Shown: piece by piece, positions 28,582 through 36,803 of the stretch
How the letters are laid out: each line of letters starts with the position of its first letter
Numbering within the stretch: the first letter of the stretch is position 1
Source: Acidimicrobiales bacterium
Lineage (GTDB): Bacteria; Actinomycetota; Acidimicrobiia; Acidimicrobiales; DATDAH01
Assembly (NCBI GenBank): GCA_041918615.1
Contig: JAYRVH010000054.1
Span: 5,757 to 69,756 of the forward strand
Direction: 5' to 3'
Length of the DNA: 64,000 nt
Program-made: the position numbers and the translations under genes
Notes under the pieces: generated by a model
Seen by the model: the letters and a program-made list of their open reading frames with translations, nothing else
Told to the model about the DNA's origin: nothing
Databases searched by the model: none

Positions 28582-29874
28582 TCAGGCAGCGACGTGACCG
28601 TGCAGGTCGCCGACGGCCTCGGCGCCGGCATCGATCCATGGCTGCTGGCCCGGTGGGTACATGGCCCGTTTCCCGGTGCCGGGCTCGAGTCGCCAGCCCT
28701 TGTGGGTCTTCAACCGGTGGTCGTGGGCGCACAGCCAGTCCAGGTTGGCGAGCTCGGTGACCTGGATCTTGTGCCAGTCGACCCGGTGGTCGACCTGGAG
28801 GTGCTCGGTGGCCGAGCACCCGAGTCTGGTGCAACCGATGTTGAGCAGGTGCAACACGATCTGCTGCACCACGTTGGCGCGCCTGGACAGGTTCGTGACG
28901 TTGAACGCGTCGACCCCGTCGTGGATCACGACGGCGATCGCCGCGTCGGGCAGGAGCTCTCGCAACGCAGCGACGGGGACCGGCCCGACCCCCTGGATCT
29001 CGCACAGCTCGCCCGCCTCGGTGAAGCCACGCCTCAAGGCAGCTGCATCGACCCGCAGGATCAGCTGCACCGGCACACGGGTGGCAGGGCGCGATGACGA
29101 CGCCGGCCCGGTCGGGGCCGACGGCCCGGTCGGTCCCGCTGGCCCGGCCGGGCCATCAGCGATACCCGCAACGTCTTCGATGCCGAGCAGAGACATGAGG
29201 GCGTCGTAGAGGTTGGCGTCGAAGCGCTCGCGGCGGCCCTCTGCTCGGGCCCGCGCGAACACCCGCTGGAGGTGCGGGTCCAACAGGGCGTTCAGCTTGG
29301 CGTTGTGATGGGCAGGACCGTGGTAGCTGCCCCATCCCTCGCCCTCGGCGTTGACGCCGCTCTGGAACGATCGGTTCTTGCGCGCCGCCGCGTGGCGGGC
29401 CGCGTCGTCGCCCAATGCGGCCGCCTTGCGCGCCTTGGCCTGGCGGGCGAGCTCACCGAACGAGCCCCTGCGGGCCGTGTCCAACAGCTCGTCCTCGCAG
29501 CCCGGATCTGCCGACGCCCCGTCTGCGACCGCCTTGGCCTGGTCGGGCGAGAGCTCACCATTGCGCACCGCATCCTGCGCCGCGGGCAGCTCCTTCAGGC
29601 GCCGCGAGCACTCCAGATCACGGGCGGCGTCGCCGGCCGACTGACCCGTCTGCTTCGCCAGCCACTCTGCCGCGGACCGCTCACCGCCCTCGCCCCACAA
29701 CGACTCGTTGTCGACCCGACGGGACAGCAAGAGGCGCAAGCCAGCCGCGGACTTCTCGATGGCAGCGAGCACCTTGATGGCCTCGGCGGCTTGATCGACG
29801 GTCAGCGTGTCGGGGTCGAGCCGCTTGGCGACAGCTGCGAGGTGGGCCTTGATCGCTCGCAGGATTCGGAACAT
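28582..29874 (-). CDS. DUF222 / HNH endonuclease domain protein (REP13E12-like)
   Basis: 430 aa. N-terminal DUF222-type region (SAAEWLAKQTG ... LSPDQAKAV). C-terminal HNH (LQVDHRVDWHK ... NLDWLCAHDHRLKTHKGW). Internal PAGPAGPTGPSAPTGP repeat. Confidence 0.85.
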   Translation of the reverse strand: MFRILRAIKAHLAAVAKRLDPDTLTVDQAAEAIKVLAAIEKSAAGLRLLLSRRVDNESLWGEGGERSAAEWLAKQTGQSAGDAARDLECSRRLKELPAAQDAVRNGELSPDQAKAVADGASADPGCEDELLDTARRGSFGELARQAKARKAAALGDDAARHAAARKNRSFQSGVNAEGEGWGSYHGPAHHNAKLNALLDPHLQRVFARARAEGRRERFDANLYDALMSLLGIEDVAGIADGPAGPAGPTGPSAPTGPASSSRPATRVPVQLILRVDAAALRRGFTEAGELCEIQGVGPVPVAALRELLPDAAIAVVIHDGVDAFNVTNLSRRANVVQQIVLHLLNIGCTRLGCSATEHLQVDHRVDWHKIQVTELANLDWLCAHDHRLKTHKGWRLEPGTGKRAMYPPGQQPWIDAGAEAVGDLHGHVAA

Positions 29875-29881
29875 GTGTTCG

Positions 29882-29910
29882 ATGATAGGCGCTGATCAGG
29901 GCACCGACAA
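29882..29910 (-). promoter_or_regulatory. candidate sigma-70-type promoter giving a leaderless HNH transcript
   Basis: On the minus strand: TTGTCG (29910-29905), a 17-nt spacer, TATCAT (29887-29882), then 7 nt to the ATG at 29874. It sits at the edge of a 41-nt AT-rich patch. Based on sequence pattern only. Confidence 0.3.
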
Positions 29911-30419
29911 GCTTTTTCAATATTTCTTCTATGATTTCATTCCACATGCGGGCTCCGACCCGGCCCCACTTCCCGGCACGGGGCCTGCGTCGCTCTCTCC
30001 GCCCTCCATACGGGTCGGCGTGAGCTATCGCCATCGCCCGGGCCGGCGGGCCTTGAACGCCGTTGGCGCGATGACGTCGTAGCGGCGCGCCCGACCTCGT
30101 TGTGGCCGTCGGTGCGCCTGGTCACGGTTCGAGGAGCCTCGGGTGGCTGGAGTGGAGCGCCATGGCCTGGAAGAAGCTCGTCGCGTTCGTCGGCCACGAG
30201 CACGACGACCTCGAGCGGGTTCGCGGCACGGCCCGGGCCGATGAAGAGCCAACCACCGGCCGGGATCATCGCCGTGGTCTTCGACGGCCATCGAGTCCTC
30301 GACGCCGTGGAGCATGTCGGAGGCATCGATGCCGTGACGGCGAGGAGACCGGTGGACGACCTCCGCTGATCACTGCATTGCGAAACATCTGCTCCGGTCA
30401 GCCATTGGCGCCGGAAGCC

Positions 30420-30495
30420 TGGAGCCCGAGAGGAGATTCGAACTCCTGACCTGCTCATTACGAGTGAGCTGCTCTGCCGACTGAGCTACCCGGGC
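30420..30495 (-). tRNA. tRNA-Thr (anticodon CGT), CCA encoded
   Basis: The reverse complement is GCCCGGGTAGCTCAGTCGGCAGAGCAGCTCACTCGTAATGAGCAGGTCAGGAGTTCGAATCTCCTCTCGGGCTCCA. It folds as a cloverleaf with a 7-bp acceptor stem, anticodon loop CTCGTAA and a GTTCGAATC T-loop. Confidence 0.95.
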
Positions 30496-30606
30496 GGGTC
30501 CCCCACGTTACCGGGGCGGCGGCGTGGACCCGAAGCCGGATCCGTCGCGCCGCTGCGGCGTCAGCGGAAGCCGATCGCCGCGGTCGGGTCCACGCAGGCT
30601 CGTAGG

Positions 30607-30912
30607 ATGGTCACCATGGCCGAAGCTGCCCTCCGGACGCTGGTCGACACGAACCGGCAGCAGATCAAGTCCGTGGTGACACGTCACCGCGGCCGGTCGG
30701 TCGCCCTCTTCGGATCGGTCGCCAGAGGCGAGGAGACACCGGAAAGCGATCTGGACTTCCTGGTCGAGTTCGATGCCGGGGCAGCGCTGTTCGATCTGGT
30801 CCGGATCGAGATGGACCTTGAAGAACTGCTCGGGCGACCGGTCGACGTGGTTTCGGTGGGCGGCCTGCTCCCCGAGGACGACGACGTCCGCCGCGACGCG
30901 ATCCCGCTGTGA
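30607..30912 (+). CDS. MNT-type nucleotidyltransferase (antitoxin of HEPN/MNT modules)
   Basis: 101 aa with the minimal NTase motif LFGSVARGEETPESDLDFLV (GSxxRG ... DxD). Confidence 0.85.
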   Translation: MVTMAEAALRTLVDTNRQQIKSVVTRHRGRSVALFGSVARGEETPESDLDFLVEFDAGAALFDLVRIEMDLEELLGRPVDVVSVGGLLPEDDDVRRDAIPL

Positions 30913-31154
30913 GTCGGACCGACGAGAAGCGGCTCAACGACATCCGCCGCATGTGCGCCACCGCCGCCATGGACGGTTCCGAGTCAGGTGTCAGGGCCGA
31001 AGAGGCCTTCGATGAGGTACTGGACCTTCGGTTCGAGTGGTCGGGCCGACCCAATGACCCGTTCGGTGAGATCGAGGATCTCCGACGCGGACGTCAGCCC
31101 GCACCGGTCGGCGAGGAAGCGGATGTCGTCGCTGTCTCGGTCGACTCGCCCTGA
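30909..31154 (+). pseudogene. possible truncated HEPN (HepT-like) toxin remnant
   Basis: The GTG at 30909 overlaps the MNT stop (GTGA), which is the usual MNT-HEPN junction. The first approx 25 codons (SRTDEKRLNDIRRMCATAA) resemble a HepT N-terminus. No Rx4-6H motif follows, and from 30984 the region is occupied by a convergent gene. Confidence 0.3.
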
Positions 31155-31520
31155 GGCAACTTTCAGCGCGAGAAGTCGTTCTGGTGCGGGGACGCTCACA
31201 CGGATGCCGGGGGCGTCGAGGACTACCGTCGCCCCCTCGGCAACGGTCGGCGTGATGAAGGTCTTTGCTGCGTCGTCCAACCAGCCCTCGTCGAGGCCGT
31301 GGCGCGAACCGACGATGGCGGCGGCGGCGTACACGACGGACTTCGGTTCGAAGACCCCGTCGATGTCGCGAGTTGAGCGGCGGGTGTCGTAGGCCAGGGC
31401 CATGGCCGCGCCGCCGATCACGAACAACTCACCGCGGGTGCCGCGGCTGTCGAGTTCGGCACCGAGTTCGACGAGCAGCGCCTCGATGTCTGAACGGGCC
31501 AGATCCCCGGTCAGACGCAC
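30984..31520 (-). CDS. minimal nucleotidyltransferase-fold protein (DUF6036 / AbiEii-toxin-like)
   Basis: The GTG at 31520 (VRLTGDLARSDIEALL) overlaps the upstream gene by 10 nt. NTase motif ELFVIGGAAMALAYDTRRSTRDIDGVF (GG ... DxD). 178 aa. Confidence 0.6.
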   Translation of the reverse strand: MRLTGDLARSDIEALLVELGAELDSRGTRGELFVIGGAAMALAYDTRRSTRDIDGVFEPKSVVYAAAAIVGSRHGLDEGWLDDAAKTFITPTVAEGATVVLDAPGIRVSVPAPERLLALKVASGRVDRDSDDIRFLADRCGLTSASEILDLTERVIGSARPLEPKVQYLIEGLFGPDT

Positions 31521-31861
31521 TGAAGCGAATCCTCTTCGATGAGCAGGCCTCGTATGGCGAACACGGCCGGGGAGTGCACCAAGGAATGAGCGATAAGTGA
31601 GTCGGGGCCCGGGTGCCAGAACACTGGTGACTCGCGCTCCTTGGAGACGGTCCACGTCGGGCGAGCCTCGCCACGATGGTCAGCGACGTACTCGGCGGCG
31701 GCGGCGACCAGGGCATCGATGTGGGCCCGCCCGTCCAACGGCGGCTCGATGTCGGCATCGAGCCCTTGACGGATGGCGCGGTCGATCCAGTCGGCCACCA
31801 GGCGCACGACCATCTCTGGTTCGCAGTCCGAGAGCCAGAGTGCGAGTTCCCGGGCATCCAC
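31511..31861 (-). CDS. hypothetical protein (116 aa), upstream partner of the NTase gene
   Basis: Clean ORF from MDARELALWLSDCEPEMVVRL with acidic, non-shadow-like composition. I recognise no family. Confidence 0.5.
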   Translation of the reverse strand: MDARELALWLSDCEPEMVVRLVADWIDRAIRQGLDADIEPPLDGRAHIDALVAAAAEYVADHRGEARPTWTVSKERESPVFWHPGPDSLIAHSLVHSPAVFAIRGLLIEEDSLQCV

Positions 31862-32049
31862 ACCCAGAAGTGTGCCGGATCACGCCCATCTTCGCCGCCA
31901 TCGCTCCTGCATGCCGCCCGCCAGCACGAGCGGGTATCGGGGGCACCGGATGGGAAACGCTCCTCACGACGGCCACGCTGCGTGAACAGTGGCAGGTGGT
32001 GTCCGACCCTGGTTCACGGACGACGCCGACTCGAGAACAGACAGCCCCG

Positions 32050-32934
32050 TCACCGCTCCGCGGGGTCGACGCGGGTGACCGTGCCGTCGAGGAAGTTGGC
32101 GACCCAGACCGCGTCGGACGTGGCCGCCACCCCCACCGGGCTGCTCCCCACGTCGAACGTCCCCGTCACCTCACTGGTTGCCGGGTCGATCCGCACCACG
32201 CTCGCATCGTCGCGGATCACGACCCACACCGCGTCCGCCGTCGCCGCCACCCCCACCGGGCTGTTGCCCACCGCGACCGTCCCCGTCACCACGTTCGTAG
32301 CCGGATCGACGCGAGTGACCGCCCCGCCGTTCGTGTTGGAGACCCAGACGGCATCGCCGGTCGCCGCCAGGCCCGCCGGGGTGTCGCCCACCGCCACCGT
32401 CGCCGACACCGCGTTCGTCGCCGGATCGATCCGCGACACGGTCCCCTCGTCCCGATTCGCCACCCACACCGCATCAGCCGTCGCCGCCACCCCCACCGGG
32501 CTGTCGCCCACCTCGACCGTCGCCGTCACCGCGTTCGTCGCCGGATCGATCCGCGACACGCTGGCGTCGTCCTGATTCGCCACCCACACGGCGTCGCCGG
32601 AAACGGCCACGCCCACCGGGCTGTCGCCCACCTCGACCGTCTCCGCGACCTCGGCGGTCGCCGGGTCGATCCGGGTGACGGACCCACCACTCGTGTTGGC
32701 CACCCACACGGCGCCGTCGGCAACCGCCACGCCGACCGGGCGGGGGCCGACCGCGATCTCGTTGGCGACACGGTCACCCTCGGCGCCAGGGGCGCGAACG
32801 GGCCCGGTCTCCGGCCTGTCGACGCCGGTGCCACACGCAGCGACCGACAGCAACAGGAGGCTGCACAACGCGAGCCCCCGGATCGTCACTCCCGGAGCCG
32901 TCCCCTCTCCGATCATCCGGTGCCGGCGGGACAT
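32050..32934 (-). CDS. YVTN-type beta-propeller repeat lipoprotein
   Basis: Start at MSRRHRMIGEGTAPGVTIRGLALCSLLLLSVAAC (lipobox). About seven 40-aa blades of the form VGxSPVGVAxxxDAVWVANxxxxxVxRIDPATN. The DNA shows a strict 120-nt periodicity between about 32080 and 32760. Confidence 0.85.
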   Translation of the reverse strand: MSRRHRMIGEGTAPGVTIRGLALCSLLLLSVAACGTGVDRPETGPVRAPGAEGDRVANEIAVGPRPVGVAVADGAVWVANTSGGSVTRIDPATAEVAETVEVGDSPVGVAVSGDAVWVANQDDASVSRIDPATNAVTATVEVGDSPVGVAATADAVWVANRDEGTVSRIDPATNAVSATVAVGDTPAGLAATGDAVWVSNTNGGAVTRVDPATNVVTGTVAVGNSPVGVAATADAVWVVIRDDASVVRIDPATSEVTGTFDVGSSPVGVAATSDAVWVANFLDGTVTRVDPAER

Positions 32935-33174
32935 GGCAGCCGGCCGCACCTGGTGGTCCCCCCACATACGCATCTGCACATCATGGCGGACCCGAGGAGG
33001 TGGGCGGGCCACGGCACGACCGAGTCCGCCACTGGTGACGCAACGCCGCCCGTCCATCGAACGGGAAGGCCACCGGGGTTTGCGGCCCCGTTCAGCGCAC
33101 CGTTACCTTCGCCCGGTGGCTCGGATACTTCGAGAATGTGAAGCAGCGTCCCCGTTTCGGCTCGTTCCATCGAC

Positions 33175-35725
33175 TTGACTGGACCCATGCGGGACGCTCA
33201 GCCAGGCACCCCTCCACAAGGAGCCGGAGCACCCACGTCGCAGCAGCCGAGCACCCAACCGGTGACGGCCGACTGGCACGCCGCCGCCGTGGCCACGTCG
33301 CCCGGCGGCATCGCCGTGTTCGACTTCACCGGGCGCGTCATGGACGCGAACCCTGCCTTCGCCGCCCAGGTCGAGCGGCCCTCGGGCCAGGCGCGCGAGA
33401 TGAACCTGCTCGACATCGTGGTGCCCGACCACCGACAGGCAACCCTCGAGCGCCTCGAGGCGGCCCGTGCCGGTACCTGCTCGACCATCAGTCTCGAGTT
33501 CCGGATCGCCACCGAATCCGGCCGGATCCGCCATGTCGCCGGTGATGCCGCCGTGCTCCAGGACGACGCCGGTCAGCCGGTCGCCGCCATGGCCCACACA
33601 CGCGACGTCACCGACGAGCGCCAGGCACTCGACACGTTGCGCCGCGCCGAAGAGCAACTCGACGCCATCTCCACGGGGACCGCGCTCGTCACCTTCACCT
33701 TCGACCTCGACGGCGCCGTGCGCACCTGGAGCCCCGCCGCGGCCCGGGCCTTCGGCTGGCCCGTCGAACGGGTGCTCGGCCGACGCGTGCCGATCAGCGG
33801 CTTCGCCGACCCCTGGGACGGACGGGTCGAGCCCTTCACCGGGGACGAGCTCGCGAACCTCGAGCTCTCGGGTCATCGCCCCGACGGCACGGCCTTCCGT
33901 TGCCGGGTGTCGCTCGCACCGGTGCTCGATCAGCGCAAGCAGCGCATCGCCACCTTCGTCGTGATGAACGATGCCGGACGGATCCACCCCGCAGATCGGT
34001 CGGCACGGGACGACGACCCCTTCCGCATGCTCATACACAAGATCGCTGACACGGTGACGGTGATCGACGCGGAGGGCAACCTCCTCTACAGCACGAGCGA
34101 GATGAAGGAGATCCTGGGGTACCCGCCCGAGTTCTGGGACGAGCGCAGCGCCTTCGACCTCGCCCACCCCGACGACATCGACCAGGCCAACGCCCTCCTG
34201 CGGCGCGTCGTCGAGACACCTGGGCTCAGCCAGACCGGCGAGTTCCGGGCCCGGCGTGCCGACGGGCACTGGGAGGCAATCGAGTTCACCGGGATGAACC
34301 TGCTCCACGACCCTGACGTCGCCGGCATCATCGTCACGACCCGCAACATCTCCGACCGCCCGCCCGCCCACCGTCTGTCCTCGAGCCACCACGAGGTGCT
34401 CGAGCTCGGGGCCCGGCTCGCCCACCACGTCATGCACGACGGGCTGACCGGCCTGCCGAACCGCTCACTGCTGGTCGACCGGATCGACCAGGCGCTCGCG
34501 CGCACCGCCAGCCCGTCCGGGGCCGGCGGAGCAGGCGGAGCAGGCGCGGCCGTCCTGCTCATCGACCTCGACCGCTTCAGGGTGGTCAACGACAGCCTCG
34601 GGCACCCCGCCGGCGACCAGCTGCTCGTGCGGGTCGCCGTGCGCCTCGAGCAGGTCGTCGGCTCCGAGGGCGCGATCCTCGGACGCTTCGGCGGCGACGA
34701 GTTCGTCGTGGTCATCGACCGGCCGACCGACCTGGACGCGGCGCGCGAACTGGCCTCGCACCTCCACGGTGCCCTCGCCGAGCCGTTCTCCTTCGGCGGC
34801 GGCGAAGCCCTGCTCTCCATGAGCGTGGGGATCGCCCTCGCGGGCCCCAACGACGACAGCGACAGCCTGCGCAGCCATGTACCAGGCCAAGGACAAGGGC
34901 GGCGACGGGGTCGAGGTCTTCGACGACGCCCTCCGCGTGCGCATGCTCGACCGACTGCACTTCGAGAACGATCTGCGCCAGGCCTTCGCCGACCGGGACC
35001 TCACCCTCTCGTACCAGCCGACCGTCTCCCTCGAGAGCGGGCGGGTGGTCGGTGTCGAGGCGCTGCTGCGCTGGACCCACGCCGAGCGGGGCGTGGTGGG
35101 CCCGGGCCAGTTCGTGCCCGTGGCCGAGGAGTCGGGGCTCATCGTGCCCCTGGGCGCCTGGGTGCTCAACGAGGCGCTCCGCCAGGCCGCGGCCTGGTTG
35201 CGGGCCGTCCCCGGCCACCCGCACTTCCTGTTGTCGGTGAACCTGTCCCCCCGCCAGTTGGCCTCGCCCGACCTCGTCCCGATGCTGCGCCGGCTCCTCA
35301 GGCGTCACCGCTGGCCGGCGGAGTTCCTCGCCCTCGAGCTCACCGAGAACGTCCTGATGACCGACCTCGACACGTCCGAGAAGGTGCTCCGGTCGCTGAA
35401 GGACATCGGGGTGCGCCTGGCCATCGACGACTTCGGCACCGGCTACTCGTCGCTCAGCTACCTCGAGCGCTTCCCGTTCGACATCGTCAAGATCGACCGT
35501 TCGTTCGTCGAAGGGCTCGGGTCCACCGGCGGGGGCCTGGCCATCACCGCCGCGGTGGTGCTGATGGCCCGGTCACTCGATCTCGTCACCGTGGCCGAGG
35601 GCGTCGAGACCAAGGGCCAGACCGCCGTCCTGCAGAGCCTCGGCTGCGACTGGGCCCAGGGCTATCACTTCGCCCGCCCGCTGCCGCCGATCGAGGCCGG
35701 CGCCCTGCTCAACACCACCCTGTAG
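33175..35725 (+). pseudogene. PAS-PAS-PAS-GGDEF-EAL c-di-GMP signalling gene with frame break at the GGDEF/EAL junction
   Basis: Frame 1 (from 33175) encodes three PAS modules and a GGDEF domain (GLTGLPNR ... RFGGDEFVVV), then turns into an Arg/Gly-rich tail after DSLRS (34861-34875). Frame 2 resumes exactly at AMYQAKDKGG (ATG at 34877) and encodes a complete EAL domain to 35725. About 3-4 residues of the usual LLRxADxAMYxAK motif are missing. This may be a real frameshift, two separate genes or an assembly error. Confidence 0.6.
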
Positions 35726-35744
35726 TACCGGGAGGCCCCGGGGC

Positions 35745-36803
35745 TCAGGTGGGCGACAGCCGGTACAGCAGGTCTTCGAGGAGGAGGGCCTCGTTCGGGT
35801 TGCGCACCAGTGCCTCCGCGGCCGCCTGGATGGCGTCGAGGGCGCCCAGTTGCTCGTCGGGTCGACGCGACCCGACCAGCTCGTCGCGGTACCGGCGAGC
35901 GAGCGTGGCCAGGCCGAATCGAACCTCGTCGCTGCGGGCACGCCGCACCTCACGCTTGTGCTGCGCTTCCATCTGGGCCGCTCCGGAGCCCCGCTGGCCG
36001 TAGCGCTCGATCTGGGCGTCGAGGGCGGCGACCTCGACAGCGTGCCGGGCGGCGAGCGGTGCATGGGCCCGGTCGATCAGCTCCCGAAGGCCGGTCACCG
36101 TGGTCATCACCGCGGCACCGCTGCCGTCGAGCCGGTCGGGCACCGCGTGCCATGCCGCCCGACGCGCCTCCAACTCGGGATCGGTGGCGAGCAACCGTGC
36201 CCGCTCGAGGTCGCCACCGGCGGCTCGGGCCGCGCCCTCCGCGGCAACGGCGTCCACCCCCTCCGCGACGAGGCGCTCGACGACGAGGCTCTCGGCCACC
36301 GGGTGGAACTCGATGCGCACCGCCCGTGACGCGATGGTGACGAGCTCGGGCGGCACGTCGTCGGCCAGGATGACGAAGACCGTGGACGGCGGCGGCTCCT
36401 CGATGGTCTTCAACAGCTTGGGCGCCACCGTGCTGACCTTGTGGAACTCGCACAGCACGAGCACCTTGCGATTGCCCTCGACGGGCGAGCGCACGGCCGC
36501 CCTGCCGATCACGGCGGCCTCTTCTTCGCGGAGCGAGGCGCCGGTGGGCACGAAGACGGTGAGGTCGGGATGCTGCTCGGCCAGGGCGAGCCTGCGGTGG
36601 CGGGCGGCGTCCTCGCCGGTGCTGCCCAAAGCCAGGAGGTCGGCCGCGAATGCCCGAGCGGCCGCCCGGCGCCCACTTCCCGTCGGCCCCACGAAGAGAT
36701 AGGCGTGGACGGGCGCGGCCACCGACGCCCGGAGCTGCGCGACGGCCCGGTCCTGGCCCAACACCTCGCTCCACCCGTCGACCACGGGCGCGGGGACGCT
36801 CAC
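35745..36803 (-). CDS. holB: DNA polymerase III subunit delta'
   Basis: The GTG at 36803 overlaps the tmk TGA (GTGA). AAA+-like HAYLFVGPTGSGRRAAARAFA, plus TIEEPP and VFVILA motifs. Confidence 0.85.
   Translation of the reverse strand: MSVPAPVVDGWSEVLGQDRAVAQLRASVAAPVHAYLFVGPTGSGRRAAARAFAADLLALGSTGEDAARHRRLALAEQHPDLTVFVPTGASLREEEAAVIGRAAVRSPVEGNRKVLVLCEFHKVSTVAPKLLKTIEEPPPSTVFVILADDVPPELVTIASRAVRIEFHPVAESLVVERLVAEGVDAVAAEGAARAAGGDLERARLLATDPELEARRAAWHAVPDRLDGSGAAVMTTVTGLRELIDRAHAPLAARHAVEVAALDAQIERYGQRGSGAAQMEAQHKREVRRARSDEVRFGLATLARRYRDELVGSRRPDEQLGALDAIQAAAEALVRNPNEALLLEDLLYRLSPT

Noticed and set aside
29937-30458. 173-aa minus-strand ORF spanning the tRNA-Thr 3' flank
   Set aside because: It overlaps the tRNA gene itself, has largely shadow-like composition, and only an internal segment looks protein-like. 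It is treated as part of a decayed, frameshifted remnant rather than a CDS.
32080-32760. 120-nt periodic repeats as a non-coding satellite or mobile-element array
   Set aside because: The repeats are in frame and encode successive YVTN beta-propeller blades of a lipoprotein.
28582-33100. Intact integrative element or prophage at tRNA-Thr
   Set aside because: There is no integrase, recombinase or phage structural gene, and I saw no direct repeat of the tRNA 3' end in the window. It is reported only as an eroded accessory islet.
34855-34885. Programmed ribosomal frameshift joining GGDEF and EAL
   Set aside because: There is no slippery heptamer or obvious downstream pseudoknot, and conserved residues of the GGDEF C-terminal motif are physically missing. 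A deletion or an assembly indel is more likely.
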